Positions 30,046-46,400 of a stretch of 64,000 bases of DNA are shown piece by piece. This DNA is from the human T2T-CHM13v2.0 reference genome, Homo sapiens. A program made the translations under genes and the position numbers. Position 1 is the stretch's first letter, and the number at the start of each line of letters is the position of its first letter. The notes under the pieces are model-generated. The model was not told where the DNA came from, did not search any database, and saw only the letters and a list, made by a program, of their open reading frames with translations. The stretch is from assembly GCF_009914755.1 (NCBI RefSeq), contig NC_060928.1, one strand, 5' to 3'.

Positions 30046-30653
30046 AACAGAATTTTTTTAACTAAGTTAATGTGAAGATTCTACAATATATTTATCTATC
30101 AATTAAAAATTATGTGAGACCTTATATTACTAGAATTCAGAAATTGTGAAGTTTACTAGGTTGTTTGCTATATATAATGAAAGATGTTTGTACTAAAAAT
30201 ATACCTAAAAAAATCAAAATAAGAGAATACCAAAATACATTTATATATGATAGTCCTTTTTTTAAAACTGCGTCAATGTAATAACTGAAAGGTAGTTTGC
30301 TCAAGTTTGCAGTGCATTGTGACAGTGTAAGTCTTTTCTATCATTAAAGATTCAGTATGAACACATTGATGCAACCTGTCTGATACTGAAAGAAGGGGCA
30401 CATGGCAGTCTGAGTGCAGAGAGAACACAGTGGTCTCCTTCAATCCTCACATTATCACTGTTTCTGATTGTTTATGTTTATTCATAGGTAATAATGTCTT
30501 TTATCTCAATTATAATTTTAATTTGGAGCTAAGATAGGTAAACTCCAAAACATATTTTTAATAATATTGTGTATTCTATAATTATTAAGGGTGTTTCCTT
30601 TCATTTTCAAAAGTGTCTTAGTTTGCATGATAAATTATATTGTCACCTTAGAC

Positions 30654-31086
30654 CAGGGGTTCTTGGACAGAGACATGACAATCTGGTAAAATTTATGAAC
30701 CCTTTTGAGAATAATGTTTTGTGATTACAAAGAGAAGAAAACAGAATAGAGTTATCAAACTATTTTAAAAAGTCAATTTGTGAAGCAGTAGTCATTGTGC
30801 TCCTTTGCCAACTCATTAAATAACAAGATCTAGGGATAGTTAATAACTATCTTAATTTAAAGAAGACATGAACTAAACAATGTTTCTATACAGCTGTATC
30901 AACTGTAATGTGAGATCACAATATTTACAATTTCTATTGATGAAGAAGTCCCAGGTACTACTAATTCTACTGTAGCTTATGGTCTGCATTTAGTCTAAAT
31001 AAAATGTTAATTTTCAGTTCTCTAAAAGTTATGATTTATTCTTTTCTTAATCCAAATGTGCATATTCAGCTAATTAAGAACCCCTA
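30654..31086. mobile_element. hAT-Charlie non-autonomous DNA transposon (MER119-like)
   Basis: Terminal inverted repeats CAGGGGTTCTT and AAGAACCCCT. Internal ATGAACCCTTTTGAGAATAATGTTTT. Confidence 0.75.
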
Positions 31087-31586
31087 GATACACTACATTG
31101 GTGCTTTATATGTTTTCTCCAACACTAGAATTTGAGCTTTTTAATCACACACATTATATTCATCTTTGCGCCTTTGGTAACAAATGTAAAGGATAAAACA
31201 TCTGAAAAGTTTGATAAATGGATAAATAGATACCACAAACAATAAAATCAGTTAAAAAGCAAGGATCTGCAAAATTTTTCAGGAAAAATTCCATAATAGC
31301 AAATTTAGTATAGAAAAGTCTCCAAATGAAAGCCTGAACTAGTGGTGTGAGATGTAATAACATGGACACAAAGATGAACTTTACATAGACTGGGACTTGT
31401 GCTAGAGTCCACTTTTTTGGGAGAGATATGACCTTTTAGTGTCCTGAGCGACTTAAAAGCTGACAGAGGCCAATCCGGACCACACAGTCTTTGAAATGAC
31501 ATCTTGGTAATCTACAGTATTATTAGATCCAGGATATTAAAAGCTAGGTCAAAGGACAGTTCTGACAAAGAAAAGACTCTCATCCT

Positions 31587-31832
31587 TTTGTTCCATAATC
31601 CCTTCCTATTTCCAGTCCCATTCTTACATGCAGAAGTACACTCTGAAGAGCATAGGCAGTGTTATCAGAGAAGCTACTGCGATGTTTGTTCTTTGCCTGG
31701 AAGTCTTTGTTCCATAATCTCTTCCTATTTCCAGTCCCATTCTTACATGCAGAAGTTCCCTCTGAAGTGCACAGGCAATTTTATCAGAAAAGTTACCATA
31801 ATGTTTGTTCTTTACTTGGAAATCTTTGTTCC
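31587..31832. repeat. 119-bp tandem duplication (2 copies plus 8 bp)
   Basis: TTTGTTCC recurs at 31587, 31706 and 31825. I count 16 mismatches and no indels between the units by hand. Confidence 0.95.
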
Positions 31833-32289
31833 GGAGATCTCATCACATAGTTTTTCCTTTCTGAGCTCTCAGCAGTAAGTTCTATGCCTTGTTGTTTTGG
31901 CATCTCCATCAAGTCTCCCATCAATGGATTGAAAATATAAACTAGGTGAAAAATGCATTCTTTGTTTTCCCACTACCTACTCAGAGGTCTACCTGGTGTT
32001 TGTAGAGCAGGGAAAGAATATGTACATATGCCATGTATTTCATATTTATATAAATATATATATGTTTAGCTGTATGTATGTATGTGTATCTGGAGATCTA
32101 AACAAAGAGAATAAAATGAACTAATTTCTAGTGAGAAAACATTTAAACATCCTCCGCTCTTCCAGCTGGGACTCAGTAGAAGTGCATTCTAATTCTGCTG
32201 GACAAATCCTTCTAAATACTCTAATCCCCATAAGAATAGTTGTATTTATTCAGCTCATCAACAATGATGATCTGAGAAAAAAATTTTCC

Positions 32290-33480
<1,191 letters not shown>

Positions 33481-33574
33481 TTCCTGAAGAGTTTAAATAA
33501 ATAGATAAACTTTTTCTAAATAAACCCTTTGTCAGAGCCAATACACGAGCCAATACAACACCTCTTTCTGGGAA

Positions 33575-33830
33575 GCTGCATGGTAGTAGCTGTTAAAACT
33601 AGATCTGGAACCAGACTACTGACATATAAACGCTTGGTTCTCTCTGTTACTAGCTATGTGACCTTCAGTACTTGAATTCTCTGTCCCTCAATTTCCTCAA
33701 CTACAAGAACAGTAATTACAAATTCTCTCTAATGGGGTTTTTAAGGACTAAATAAGTTAATTAATGAAAAGCCTTCATAACTTGCACGCAGTAAGTACAT
33801 GATACACATCAAGTTTGTTATGATTATTCC
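33575..33830 (+). mobile_element. MIR
   Basis: TTACTAGCTATGTGACCTT...TCTCTGTCCCTCAATTTCCTCA. Confidence 0.75.
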
Positions 33831-36800
33831 TAAACTACAGCGTATTTTATTAAAATTGATTTAGAATATATTTTCATTCTGTATGACTTGTAGAATCTTT
33901 CCTGTACTCCATGTTTGTTAAGAGTATTCTTCAGTTCTTAAAGGGACAATCACTGTTTAAGTCAATGAAAGAAGACGGAGTGAGGAACCGAGTATTAGTG
34001 GGAGGCTATATTTAGACAGTAGAATTGTGACATTTTAGTTCTTTGTGGAATCCTTATTGATGTCATTTGGAGGCCATGCAGTGAGCTTCAGAGCATTACA
34101 AAGTGAGACCTGTGACCTGTACATGCTGGAAGTTGAGCTGTCATCTGATCTCAAAATGATACTGTCTCTTTTCCCCAGCAAGTTTAAAGTTATTGAAAGC
34201 ATACCTTTCCATTATTTTTTGTCTTTTCATTTTAATTCTTTTACTAAATCAATTATTACTGTAAATATGAAGTCAGACAATTATATAGCAGAATTAGAAT
34301 TATTGGAATGCAAAAATAGATGTACAACCAATGTATTACTAAAAATGTTGAGTTCTTAAAACATAATTAAATAAAAGAAAATCGTTTAACTATGAACCTG
34401 AAAACATTAGAAAAATATTACTAAATCAGACATATCTGAGTTTCAACACAGCCAAATCTGCTGAAGGCCTTCTCACATTTGTATGATTTGGTATTTTTCT
34501 AAAGAGCATGAATGAGGATTTTGATGGCATGTTGTAAATACTCCGCAAAGCTGGGAGGCGTTGTGTATTATTTCACTCATAAGGTCACAAAACAGAATTA
34601 TATATTTAAAAAAAAGAATGCATTTTATAAATGAAAACCTAGAGTGTTTTTGGTGACTGTTTTAATAGAAGTATTGGTTCCAAACCAAGAAAGTTAAGAT
34701 TGCATTTTCCTGGTTTGGTCAAACTCTACCTGAACATTACAAGTGAGGATGGTTGTTAACCTGCCGAGCCTAATAAGAGTGATGAAGTCTCCTTTAATCA
34801 TGTCTGTGTGAGAAACCGAAGAACCATTATCTTCAAATAATTAAAGAGCTATTATGTAGAAAAAAGTATTCTTTTTATCTTTGGGCAAAAATTATAGGAA
34901 AACAAAAAGATTTTCAAGCATAAATAATTGCACAAAATACATGAGAAAGGTTAAACTACAGGAGTTCTCAAATTCTTTATAGTTTTTAATTCTCAAGTAC
35001 ATTTTTTCCTGATTCTACTCTCTATATTCTAGAAGAAAAGCTAAATTACAAGGACGTCTAATTGCAAAGAATAATATTTGCTCAAGATGTTAAACTGATG
35101 TCATATTCTTAATTACTTGTGTCAAAACTCACAAATAATTTCATAGTATTACATGTCTCAAAATTATATGGAAAACTTCTGATGCGAACAATTTCTCACA
35201 GAGATTCTATGAGATATTTTAGCATTCTGGAAATTATCCATGACAAGCTCAGTGTATATAGGTGGTATATATGGTCACTGCGAGATTGATATTATTTAAT
35301 AGTTCCCTCCACAAAAGGCAATCTATGTATTATAACCTAAGACTCTATTTGAAGAATTATGAATTCTGACTATCTTTCTAAGAAAGGAGGACCCAGGGTC
35401 TCTGGTCAAAAAAAAAAAAATGATGTACCTCTAAAAGACCAGCCATTTAAAAAATAATACATACTTATTCATTTTAATGCTACATTTTATTGAATCGTAA
35501 CAAGTACGTACAAACAAGAAAAAACAAAGGCAAATGAACATTAGCATCCAATCTTTTAACAGATGTCCACAACTGTCACTGAATTCAAATAAACACATTT
35601 CACTTTCTCATTTTTTGTAGGTATAATAACAGAGGATCAAAATAAGGAATTATATTAGTAAGACTGCCTCATTTATTTACTCACAGGTTTAATAAACTGA
35701 GGCTAGAGCTTGCTGTTTTAATTTTCATTTTATTGAAATTTATATTTGCCCTTCCACAAATTCATTTTGCTGAATAGATTTCTATTTCCCAGCCAAGCTG
35801 GCAAAAAGACTTCTTGGTGCATTAGAATTTTGAGTAGTAACAAGACAAGTCAGTAAATAAAAATAATTAAAATGAATAGTTTATCATCATCTAAATGCAA
35901 ACTAGTACAGCATAGAGAAAGCCTCTGCCATCTTTCCCCTTTATTTACTTAACAGTTATTAATTATGCTAATGCATATCATAGTAAAGAATGAATAATGT
36001 TGACAATAAGCTATGAATTGCAAAGATAAGTATACACTTCAGCTTATGGGTATATTTAATCATACAAAAAAGTGTAACTATTGTTAAAACTCCAAGATAA
36101 TTTCTGAAAAGACTTGTGGTCATTTTTAAGACACCTTATTTTTATCAGTTTTAGATTTAGAGAAATATTGCCCTTCTAAACCCAAAACCCAGCATTTCCT
36201 ATTATTAATATCTTACATTAGCAGGATACATTTATTACAAATAATGAAGCAGTATTGATATAGTGTTCTCAACTAAAGTCTGTAGTATTTATATATCTTT
36301 AGTTTTTACCTAGTGTCCTTTTTCTATTCCTACATGACTCTGGGATACCACATTATATTTAACATCATATCTCCTTAGGCTTCTCTTAGCTATGACAGTT
36401 TATCAGATTCCTTGTTACTGATGACCTTGACATGTTTTAGGAATACTGGTTAGGCATTTTGTAAAATGTCCCTCTATTGGGATTTGTTTGCTGTTTTTCT
36501 GATGATTAGATGGGATTATGTGTTTGGGAGAGAAAGACTACTGAGGTAAAGTGCTATTTTCATTACATCATATCCAGGGTATATAATATCACTATGACTT
36601 ATCAGTATTGATGTTGACCTTGATAATGTTTGTCCACTATAAAGTTATTCTCACTGCCAGCCCCACTCAGTCTTACAGTACCCATTGGAGGGCAGCCATG
36701 ATGCTAACACTTAAGGAATAAAGAGTTACGTTCCACCTAGTTGAGGGTGGAATATGTACATAATTAATTGGAATTCTTCTGCAAGAAATATTTTGGTCTT

Positions 36801-37594
36801 TTCCCACTTTATTTATTTATTCAATCATTTGTTTATATCAGTATAGTCTCACAGACATGTTTTTAGTACTTTGTATTACCAAATATTATTTTTTAATTTT
36901 CTTGTTCAAATTCCAGATTTGTAATTTGAATGTTGTTCAATAAGTTGTTGTTCCATATTTAGCCATTTGAAAGCTCTTTCAGTTGGCTCTTGTGTTTCTC
37001 TGAATCATTCACATCCTTGTAGGTATTGGTGTTGTTTTTCATTTGTTTATTTAATTGTTGGTGGTCTTATTTATTCGTTTCTTGAGCACTTCCTTGCATT
37101 CTAACATTATAAGATGCTCCGGTTTCATCTTGCACATTTCCAGTTCAGTCATATAATCAACCATTTCCCCAAGGAGCCCTGGTTTCTTGGATTAGACAAT
37201 AGTATTTTGAAAAACTGATGTGAGATCTAGATGTGTTCACTAGTTCTGGGATGTCCTTGCCCCTAGGCCTTCTCAGGAGGGTTATTTGTATACTAATCAT
37301 GTATTTACACGTATGTCTAAATATTTCTATATGTAATTATCTGTTGCTATATTAAGTTAAACATGAGTTCATACTTAGGTCTCTAACTCTAGTTCATACC
37401 AGATGGATCATTCTAGCCTCCTTCCCTTCCTTATTTGTAAACTTCCACACTAATAATGACACACCTGGTTTCCACCATCACCTATCCATTTACTTATATT
37501 AATATTGTTAAATTCCACTATATATGTGCAGAAGCATCAGAATTGTTAAGCCATATTCCTGGGGGCCACACCTTTATCAACTAGAGTACAGTCC

Positions 37595-37948
37595 TGTCTT
37601 TATCCATGTGGGCTGTTACAACAAAATGCCTTACATTGGGTAATTTATGAACAACAGAAATTTGTTTCTCATATTCTATGGGACCAGAAGTCTGATATCA
37701 AGGTGCCAGCAGATTTGGTGTCAGTTAAAAGGGCATTCCTCATAGACAGTGTCTTCTCTAGTCCTCACGTAGCAGAAAGGGCAAGATAGCTTGCTTAAGC
37801 CTCTTTCATAAGGGTGCTAATACCATTCATGAGGGTGAAAACTTCATGACTTAATCATTCCCCAAAGGCCCCACTTCTCAATATAATCACATTGGTATTA
37901 GGTGCCAACATATGAATTTTTGGGGAAAGCAACTTTCCGACCATAGCA
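37595..37948 (-). mobile_element. MaLR solo LTR (MLT1A/MSTD-like)
   Basis: TGTCTT...ATCAAGGTGCCAGCAGATTTGGTGTC...GACCATAGCA. Confidence 0.85.
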
Positions 37949-38123
37949 AGGTGCTTATTTCAAGTTTGTTTTGTGTTGTTTGTCTTTAGTTTTCCCCACT
38001 CATTTCCAAAGTTACTTAGGTTAGCGCCTTCTTCCCCCACCCACTTCAGTGAGGTTGTTTGATACATTAATATGGTTAGATTTCTTCATATTCCATTCTG
38101 AAATTCCCTGACCTCCTTAATAA

Positions 38124-38420
<297 letters not shown>

Positions 38421-38555
38421 AATGATTAGCTTTCTAATTAGCATACATTAAGGTTCCCTGTTTTTCATGTAAAATATAATGGATTTTGAGAAATGCAGAC
38501 TGCCAGGTGTCCATGATAACAGTATAATATGGAATAGTTTCATCACCCTAGATAA

Positions 38556-38957
<402 letters not shown>

Positions 38958-40481
38958 TAGTCTTGCATTTCCTAAAGTATCACATAGTTGGAATCATATA
39001 GTATGCAGCCTTTTCAAATTGGCTTCTCACGCCAGAAAAAAAATGCATTTAAGTTTCATCCTTTTTTTTTTGTGGTTTCATAGTTCGTTTTTATTAATCA
39101 CTAGATAATATTCCATTGTATAGATGTTCCAATTCATTTATCCACTTGCTATTGAAGGACATCTTAGTTGCTTGCAGTTTGTGGGGATTGTAAATAAAGC
39201 TGCTATAAACATTTGCACTGAGTTTTTTTGTGGACATAAATTTTCAAACTAGTTAGGTAAATAGCTAAGACTATGGTTACTGAATTGTATGAAACTGCCA
39301 AACTGACTTCCAAAGTGGCTATATCATTTTTTCTTGTCTATCAGCAATAAAGGAGAATTCCTGTTGCTTTACGTCCTCCCTAGCAATTGGTATTTTCAAT
39401 TTTGGAAATTTTAACCATCCTAATAGATGTGTACTAGTTTTTTATTAAAATTGAAACTTGCAATTTTCTAATGACAAATGAAATTAAGGATCGTTGTATA
39501 TGCTTATTTTGCATTTGTATATCTTCTTTGATGAGATGTCTGTTCAGTTGATTAGCCTGTTTATAAATTGACTTATTTGTTTTCTTGTTATTAAACTTTA
39601 AGAGTTATTTGTATATTTTAGAGAGCAATCCCTTATCAGATATGTATTTTGTAAACATTTTATCTCAGTCTGTAGCTTTCCATTTTTTAAAATGGAATTT
39701 TTACAATGTCTTTCCATTTTTAAAAATATTGTCTTTGGCAAAGCAGAAGTTTTTAATTTAAATAAAGACTTACATAGCAATATTTTCTTTTATGGACTGC
39801 GCTTTTGTATCTAAAAACTCATCACCAAAACTAAGGTCACCTAGATAGTACCCTAAGATTTCGTGTAGGGGTTTTATAATTTTTATATTTTACATTTAGG
39901 TGTTTGATTTATTTTGGATTAATTTTTGTGAAAGATATGAAATTTATGTCTAGATGTTGATATTGTTTCATATTGCTGCATGTATTAATGTAACAGATAT
40001 CCATTTGCTGTACAGACTCTCCTTTCTCCACTGACTTGTCTTTGTTTCATTGTCAGAGATCGGTGGACTATGTTTGTGCATGTTTATTTCTGGCATCTAT
40101 ATTCTGTTCTGTTGACCTGTGTGTCTATTCTTGTGACAATACCATGTGTCTTGATAACTGTAATATTATAAGTCTGGAAATTGGGTAGTTTGAGTCCTCT
40201 GACTGTCCCTTTTCTTCAGTATTGTGTTACTTATTCTAGGTCTGTTGTCTTTCCATATAAACATTAGAATCAGTTTGTTAATATCTATAAAATAGCTTGT
40301 CAGGATTTTAGGTAGGATTCCATAGTCTTCTCTATTTTTTTTTCTTGGATAGGCTCACTAGAGATTTATCAATTTCATCAACGCTTTTTCAAAGAACTAG
40401 CTTTTGACTTAATTGGTTCAATTTCATTACATTAATTTATTTTCAATTTCATTAATTTCTGTTCTGTTTTTATTCTTTTCC

Positions 40482-40775
40482 TTTTTTTTTTTTTTTGAGA
40501 CAGAGTCTCCTCTGTCACCCAGGCTGGAGTGCAGTGGCGTGATCTGGGCTCACTGCAACCTCTGCCTCCTGGGTTCAAGTGATTCTCCTGCTTCAGCCTC
40601 CTAAGTAGCTGGGATTACAGGTACATGCTCCCATGCCCAGCTAATTTTTGTATTTTTAGTAGAGACAGGGTTTCACCATGTTGGTCAGGCTGGTCTTGAA
40701 CTCCTGACCTCATGATCGGCCTGCCTTGGCCTCTCAAAGTGCTGGAATAACAGATGTGAGGCACCGTGCCCGGCC
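40482..40775 (-). mobile_element. AluS (Sg-like)
   Basis: Poly-T followed by a full antisense dimer. Confidence 0.93.
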
Positions 40776-42645
40776 TTTTGATTTCTTTATTTCTGCTTGC
40801 TTTAGGCTTTAACTGCTCTTCTCTCTCTGTTTCCTGAGGTTGAAACTTAGATTATTGGCTTTAGAGCTTTCTTCTTTTCTAATGTATGCATTAGTTGCTA
40901 TTAATTTACCTCCAGAGCATACCACAATTTTTGATGTTTTATTTTCATTTAGTTCAAATTTCTCTGAGGTATTTATGGACTCATGTACAGTATAGAAATG
41001 TGTTATATAATCTCCAAGTATTTGGAGATTTTTACCTCAGTCTTTCCCTGATTAATTTATAGTTTAATTCCTTTATAACCCGAGAAAATTATTTGTATGA
41101 TTTCTATTCTTTTTAAATTTGGTGTGTTTCGTGGCTTATGATGTAGTTACTTTGGTGAATGTTTTTGAAAAGAATGTATATTCTATTGTTTTGGGATTGA
41201 ATATTCTAAAAATATCAATTAAATCATGTTGATTGACAGTATGGTTCAGGTCAACTCTATCTTTACTAGTTTTCTGCCTACTTGATATATCAATTAATAA
41301 AGAGAGGTTTTGAGGTTTCCAACTGTAGCAATGGATTTGTCTATGTTTTCTTGCAATTCTATCAGTTTCTGATATTCTGTTATTAGGTGCATACATATTA
41401 AGGATACTATGTCTTCTTGGAGAACTAACCAGTTTATCATTTTAATCTTCCTCTCTTCTTGTGAAGTCTGACTTGTCTGAAATTAATTTAGCTACTTCAT
41501 TTTTCTTTTGATTAGTGTTACCATGGAGTACCTTTCTCCATCTTTTTTACTTCTATCCTATCCTAGTCTTTATATTTAAAGTAGACTTGTAAATAAAGTT
41601 TAGTTGAGAATTATGTTTTTATATCCACTCTAAAAATGTCTGTGATTTAACTGCTCTATTAAGACCATTCATATTTAAAGTGCTATTAATATGTTCACTA
41701 TGTCTGTAACTGTTTTATATCTGTTGCAGTAGTTTTTTGCTTCTTTAATCTCCTCTTTTTCTGCCTTGTGTAGTTTTAACTATTTTATATAATTCAATTT
41801 GCCCCCTTTCATAGGCATCAATTACACTTCCTTTTACATTTTTAATAGTTACTCGAGTTTGCATTATGCATTTCTAATTAATCTAAGTCCACAGTAAATA
41901 ACAGTACCTTGCTTTCTATGTACCAGTTCTTTCCTCCAGTCCCTTGGAACATTGCTGCCATTCATTTTATCTGTTCATATGTTATATACACCCAATATGT
42001 TGTTGCTAATATTACTTTAAACAAACCATTATTTCTTAGGTTAATTGAGAATAAGAAAAATGAAATATTCCATATTATCTTCATTTATTCATGCTCTTTA
42101 TTTACATAAATCTGAGTTTTTGAAATATACTATATCATTTTCCTTGTCCCTGAAGATTTTCTTTTAACATTTATTGTTGGGAAGCTCTCCTGGAGATAAA
42201 TTCTCTTAGTTTTTGTTTGTGAAAATCTTTACAACTTCTTCACTTCTGAAAAATAATTTCACTGAGTATAGAATTCTATTAACAGTGTTTTTGTTTTTTT
42301 TTTCTTTCAATATGTTCAATATTTCATTCCAAACTCTTTTTACTTGCATAGTTTCTAAAAATATGTCCTTTAGAAGTATTACTCCTGTTTATCTACTGGT
42401 AAAGCATTATTAAAGCCCTTCCCACCCACTCTGACTTCTTTCGAGATTTTCTCCTTGTCTTCTGTTTTCTGCAATTTGAATATGATATGCTTAAGTGTAA
42501 TTTTTTTTTGTATTTGTTCTGATTGGTATTCTCTGTTTTTCTTGGATCTTTGGTTTTGTGTCACTCATTAATTTTGAAAAATTCATAGTGATTATTCAAA
42601 TATTTTATCTCTCAGTTTTGGATGTTCTTTTTTTCTCCATTGTTT

Positions 42646-43420
42646 TATCAACAAAAAGAGTCAAACACTGTAAAATATTTGAAGAGATTTATTTTGAGCC
42701 AAATATGAGTGACCATGGCCTGTGACACAGCCCTCAGGAGGTCCCGAGAACATGTGTCCAAGGTGGTCGGGGCGCAGCTTGGTTTTATACAGTTTAAGGA
42801 GGCATGGGACATCAATCAAGGACATTTAAGAAATACATTGGTTTGGTCCAGAAAGCCAAGACAACTCTAAGAAGGGAATGGGAAGTGGGGGAGGGGGGCT
42901 TCCAGGCTATAGGTAAATTTAAACTTGTTCTGGTTGATAATTGGTTGAGTTTGTCTAAAGATCTGGGGTCCATAGAAAGGAAATGTTCAGGTTAAGATAA
43001 AAGATTGCTGAGACCAGGAGGCCAAGGTTCTTTTGAAATCTTATTGTGGCTGCCCTTAGACACAACAGATGACAAATGTTTCCTAATTAGTCCTTTAAAA
43101 GGTGTTGGACTCTTAGTTAATCTCTTCAGGATTGGGAGGGCCTGGAAGAAAAAGATCTAGCAATGTTAATAGAGACTCTCTACAGATGCAAATTTTCCCC
43201 CACAAAGGACAGCTTTGCAAGGCCGTTTCAAAATGTAGGGTAAAATATTTTGACTTCTTTGTTACATAATGTTACGCAGGAGTCACATTGGAAAGTAAGT
43301 CGCAATATATAGGGTTCAATAAACCCATCTGATGAGAATTTATGGTTTGTAGAACATGACTGTCCAAACCCCTTAGATAGGAATTTGGGCAAGATAAAAA
43401 AATATCAGAGCTAGTCTTCA
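42646..43420 (-). mobile_element. ERV1 solo LTR of the MER4 group
   Basis: AAAAAGAGTCAAAC...GATTTATTTTGAGCCAAATATGAGTGACCATGGCC...AAGGTGGTCGGGGCGCAGCTTGGTTTTATAC. Ends in CA. Confidence 0.85.
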
Positions 43421-45162
43421 ATTTCTTCTATTTTAATTTTAGCTTAAGGAAGTTCCTATTGACAAATCTTCAAGCCCAGTGATTCTTTTCTCAGCCACGT
43501 TTGTTCTACTGATAAAGCCATCAAAATAATTCTTCATTTCTGTTATAAATATTTTAGAATTTCTAGCATTTCCTTTTAATTCATTCTTAAACTTCCCACT
43601 GCTATATTTACATGATCCATCTTTTCTAGCTATGTCTACTTCTTTCATTCGAGCCCTTAACATGTTATAGTTACTTTAAATTCACTGCCCACTCATTGCA
43701 AAATTTTGTCTTATATGAATATAGTTGTTATGCTTGATTTGTCTCGTCAGACTGTTAGGATATATCAGGTAACAGGAACTGACTAACTAATAATTAGATC
43801 TTTGTATAAGGTTTTGTTTTTCTGGGGAAATTGGCCTGTATTGAATGTTTACTGTAGGTTTAGGTATAGGTGTCAAAAACTGAGTTCTAATGTCTTGGTT
43901 TTCATGTCCCCTTTGTATTTGGGCTTCTCTAAGGACTCCTCTTTATATAGAGGCTATGTCTTTCAGCTCTTTCAGCTCTAACCCACCGTTTTTATACCGT
44001 AACCCTATTACTATGATGGGAAGGGATGGGGGAGGGGAGCATTATATAATTTTAAGATTAAATCTTAGTCTTTTAGTGGGCTTTGTTCCTGGAATGTAGC
44101 CTTCATAAGTTCCCCTTCATAAGTTTCCTCTCTTTGCCCATCCCAGCTCCCTTAGGTGAGACAGATAAGCTAGAGTAGACTAAAGTCCTTAGGAAAATGA
44201 CCTTTCCCCAACTTGGATAAGACTCTAGTAAAGTCTTTTTCTCTTGACAGTAGGCCTTAGGCCTTTGTTATGGAGAACCCTCTAGGCATATTTTACAAAG
44301 GTTACTTTTTCTTTCCCTATGCCAGAACCATGAGAGGGTTTTTCTTGGATTTTCTTCATGATGACCTGGTATGCTTAGTGTACAATGGGGGCTCCCTAAG
44401 ACTATTGCTCCAGGAGTTTCTGACTCTCAGCTTCCATCAATTCATTAACGTTATCATTTAAGTGTTTTTACCTGTTTATGGGTCCTGCAGTTTCTGCTGT
44501 AAGAAAAGAGACCTTGGTTGGGACTCTCTAGATTTTCATATCTTTCTAAAATTCTGAGCAGTGGTTTGCTGTGAAATCTCAGTTTTCTAATGGGTCCAAG
44601 AAAACTTGCAGATTTTCAGTTTGTTTAGCTTTATTCTTGTAAGGACAAGAAGACAATCTTCAAACTTTATATAGGATGGAGCTGAAACCAGAAATTCCTC
44701 ATAGTCATTTTTTATACTTTATTTCTAGAGTAGTTATATTAAATAATTTTAAAGATCTGAATGTTAATAACAATTGGAAAGACAAGAGTGTTCAGGATTT
44801 TTAATGAAGTGATATATTTAATGAAGTGATACATTTGTGATGTATATTCATGTACATTGACAGTTTGTTAAGTAATAATAAATAAGTAAATAATAATGGA
44901 TATTTGACAAGCAAATCAAATTAATCTTACAACTACATGAGATAAAGTTTTTTATTTCCATTCTATAGATGAACAAATTGAGACCAGAATTTTTGTTCTT
45001 AACCACTAATTATTTTAACTCCTGAAAGAATATGAAATTTCTGTCCATTTCAGACATTTGGGAAGGCAGATAAATATATGTTAAAAAAAAGCCAAATTAA
45101 AATGGATAGATTAATTGATCACTTTGCAATCAGAAAATATAATATGTCAGATTAAGCAAGTG

Positions 45163-45188
45163 TATATATATATATATATATATATATA
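45163..45188. repeat. (TA)n microsatellite
   Basis: Read directly from the sequence. Confidence 0.95.
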
Positions 45189-46144
45189 ATCCTTCTGTTC
45201 TTAAAAAATATAGGCAAAAGAATAACCGTTATTTTAAGTAATTTTTTAAAAAAATTATTCCTTGGCATCTATGTTTCTCATTATTAATATGAATTATCTT
45301 ACTTGTTAACACAGAAATGATAAATGCTATCTAGACTTTTGTTTTGTTTTATGACCAAATGCCCATAAATCTTTCTCAACATTTATTAATATGCCATTCA
45401 ATTCCTATATTTATGTTCTATAAAACAGTGTTTTAAATTTAAAAACTTTTTGATGGCAAGCTATAATTATAATAATCGAAGTTGTTTTCCCGTAAGTAAA
45501 TTATTTTCAGAGTACAGAGTAGATACCAGGAAAACACAATGATCTATTGTCTCTCATGTCTACAATTTGTTGAACAAGATACTTTAAATTAAAGCTTGAA
45601 AAACATCTCTGCTGGTATTTGAAATAATTAGCTGTGAAAGTCACGGTCCAAGACCCTTTTAAGATTTAGATTTTAAGTGCTTTTTCTTCTAGTTGTCAAG
45701 TCTTGACATTTTATCATTTGGTATTCAAGGAAATGGAGACTATTTCTTCCTCCGAACACTGTAGACAAATTATATTTATGCTAGATAGCCAATATAATGG
45801 AAAGCAACCTGGTTTTGATATTTAAAAGTATTGGCACTTCTGCCTAAAAAGATGCTTGCTTACCCACGTAAGAACCAATATCTGTATTTAAGTAAAATAA
45901 CTTGTGAAATACTTTTTTAGAATGAAATTTTCTAGTGGAAAATATTATATTTTACATTCAGCCAGTAAATCCAATTCTCTGTTAGGAATTTCTCCTTCTA
46001 AGTCTTAGAAATCTTAAATTTATTGTCTCTCAAACTCAGCACATCTCTGTCCTCCTCTGTCCCTTCAAAATGATTAAATAACATAAGAAGATCTCATTGA
46101 AGGTAACATCGTATAGTTTCCTTGTTTGTGTTTTTTTTAATAGT

Positions 46145-46400
46145 ACACCTGTAGAATGTAAGCTCTTCAAGGGTATGACACTCTGCTTTAGTCACTGATA
46201 AATCCCAAGTACCTAAACAGTGCCAGACACATATTAGGTACTCAATTAATATTGGTTATATGAATGAGGGCTTCCTTCTACTTGAATATAATGTCCCTCA
46301 GAACTGCTATTTCTTTTGGCTTACCACTGTATCTCTAGTGCAGGAGCAGGCATTCAATAAATACATGTTGAGTGGGCAGCCGAATGGTGGATTGAATAAA
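46145..46400 (+). mobile_element. Two adjacent L2 3' ends
   Basis: TAGAATGTAAGCTC...TAGGTACTCAATTAATATTGG, then CAGGCATTCAATAAATACATGTTGAG. Confidence 0.7.

Noticed and set aside
31504-31878. 124-aa ORF over the tandem duplication
   Set aside because: The 119-bp unit is not a multiple of 3, so the two copies are read in different frames. The start codon is also non-ATG.
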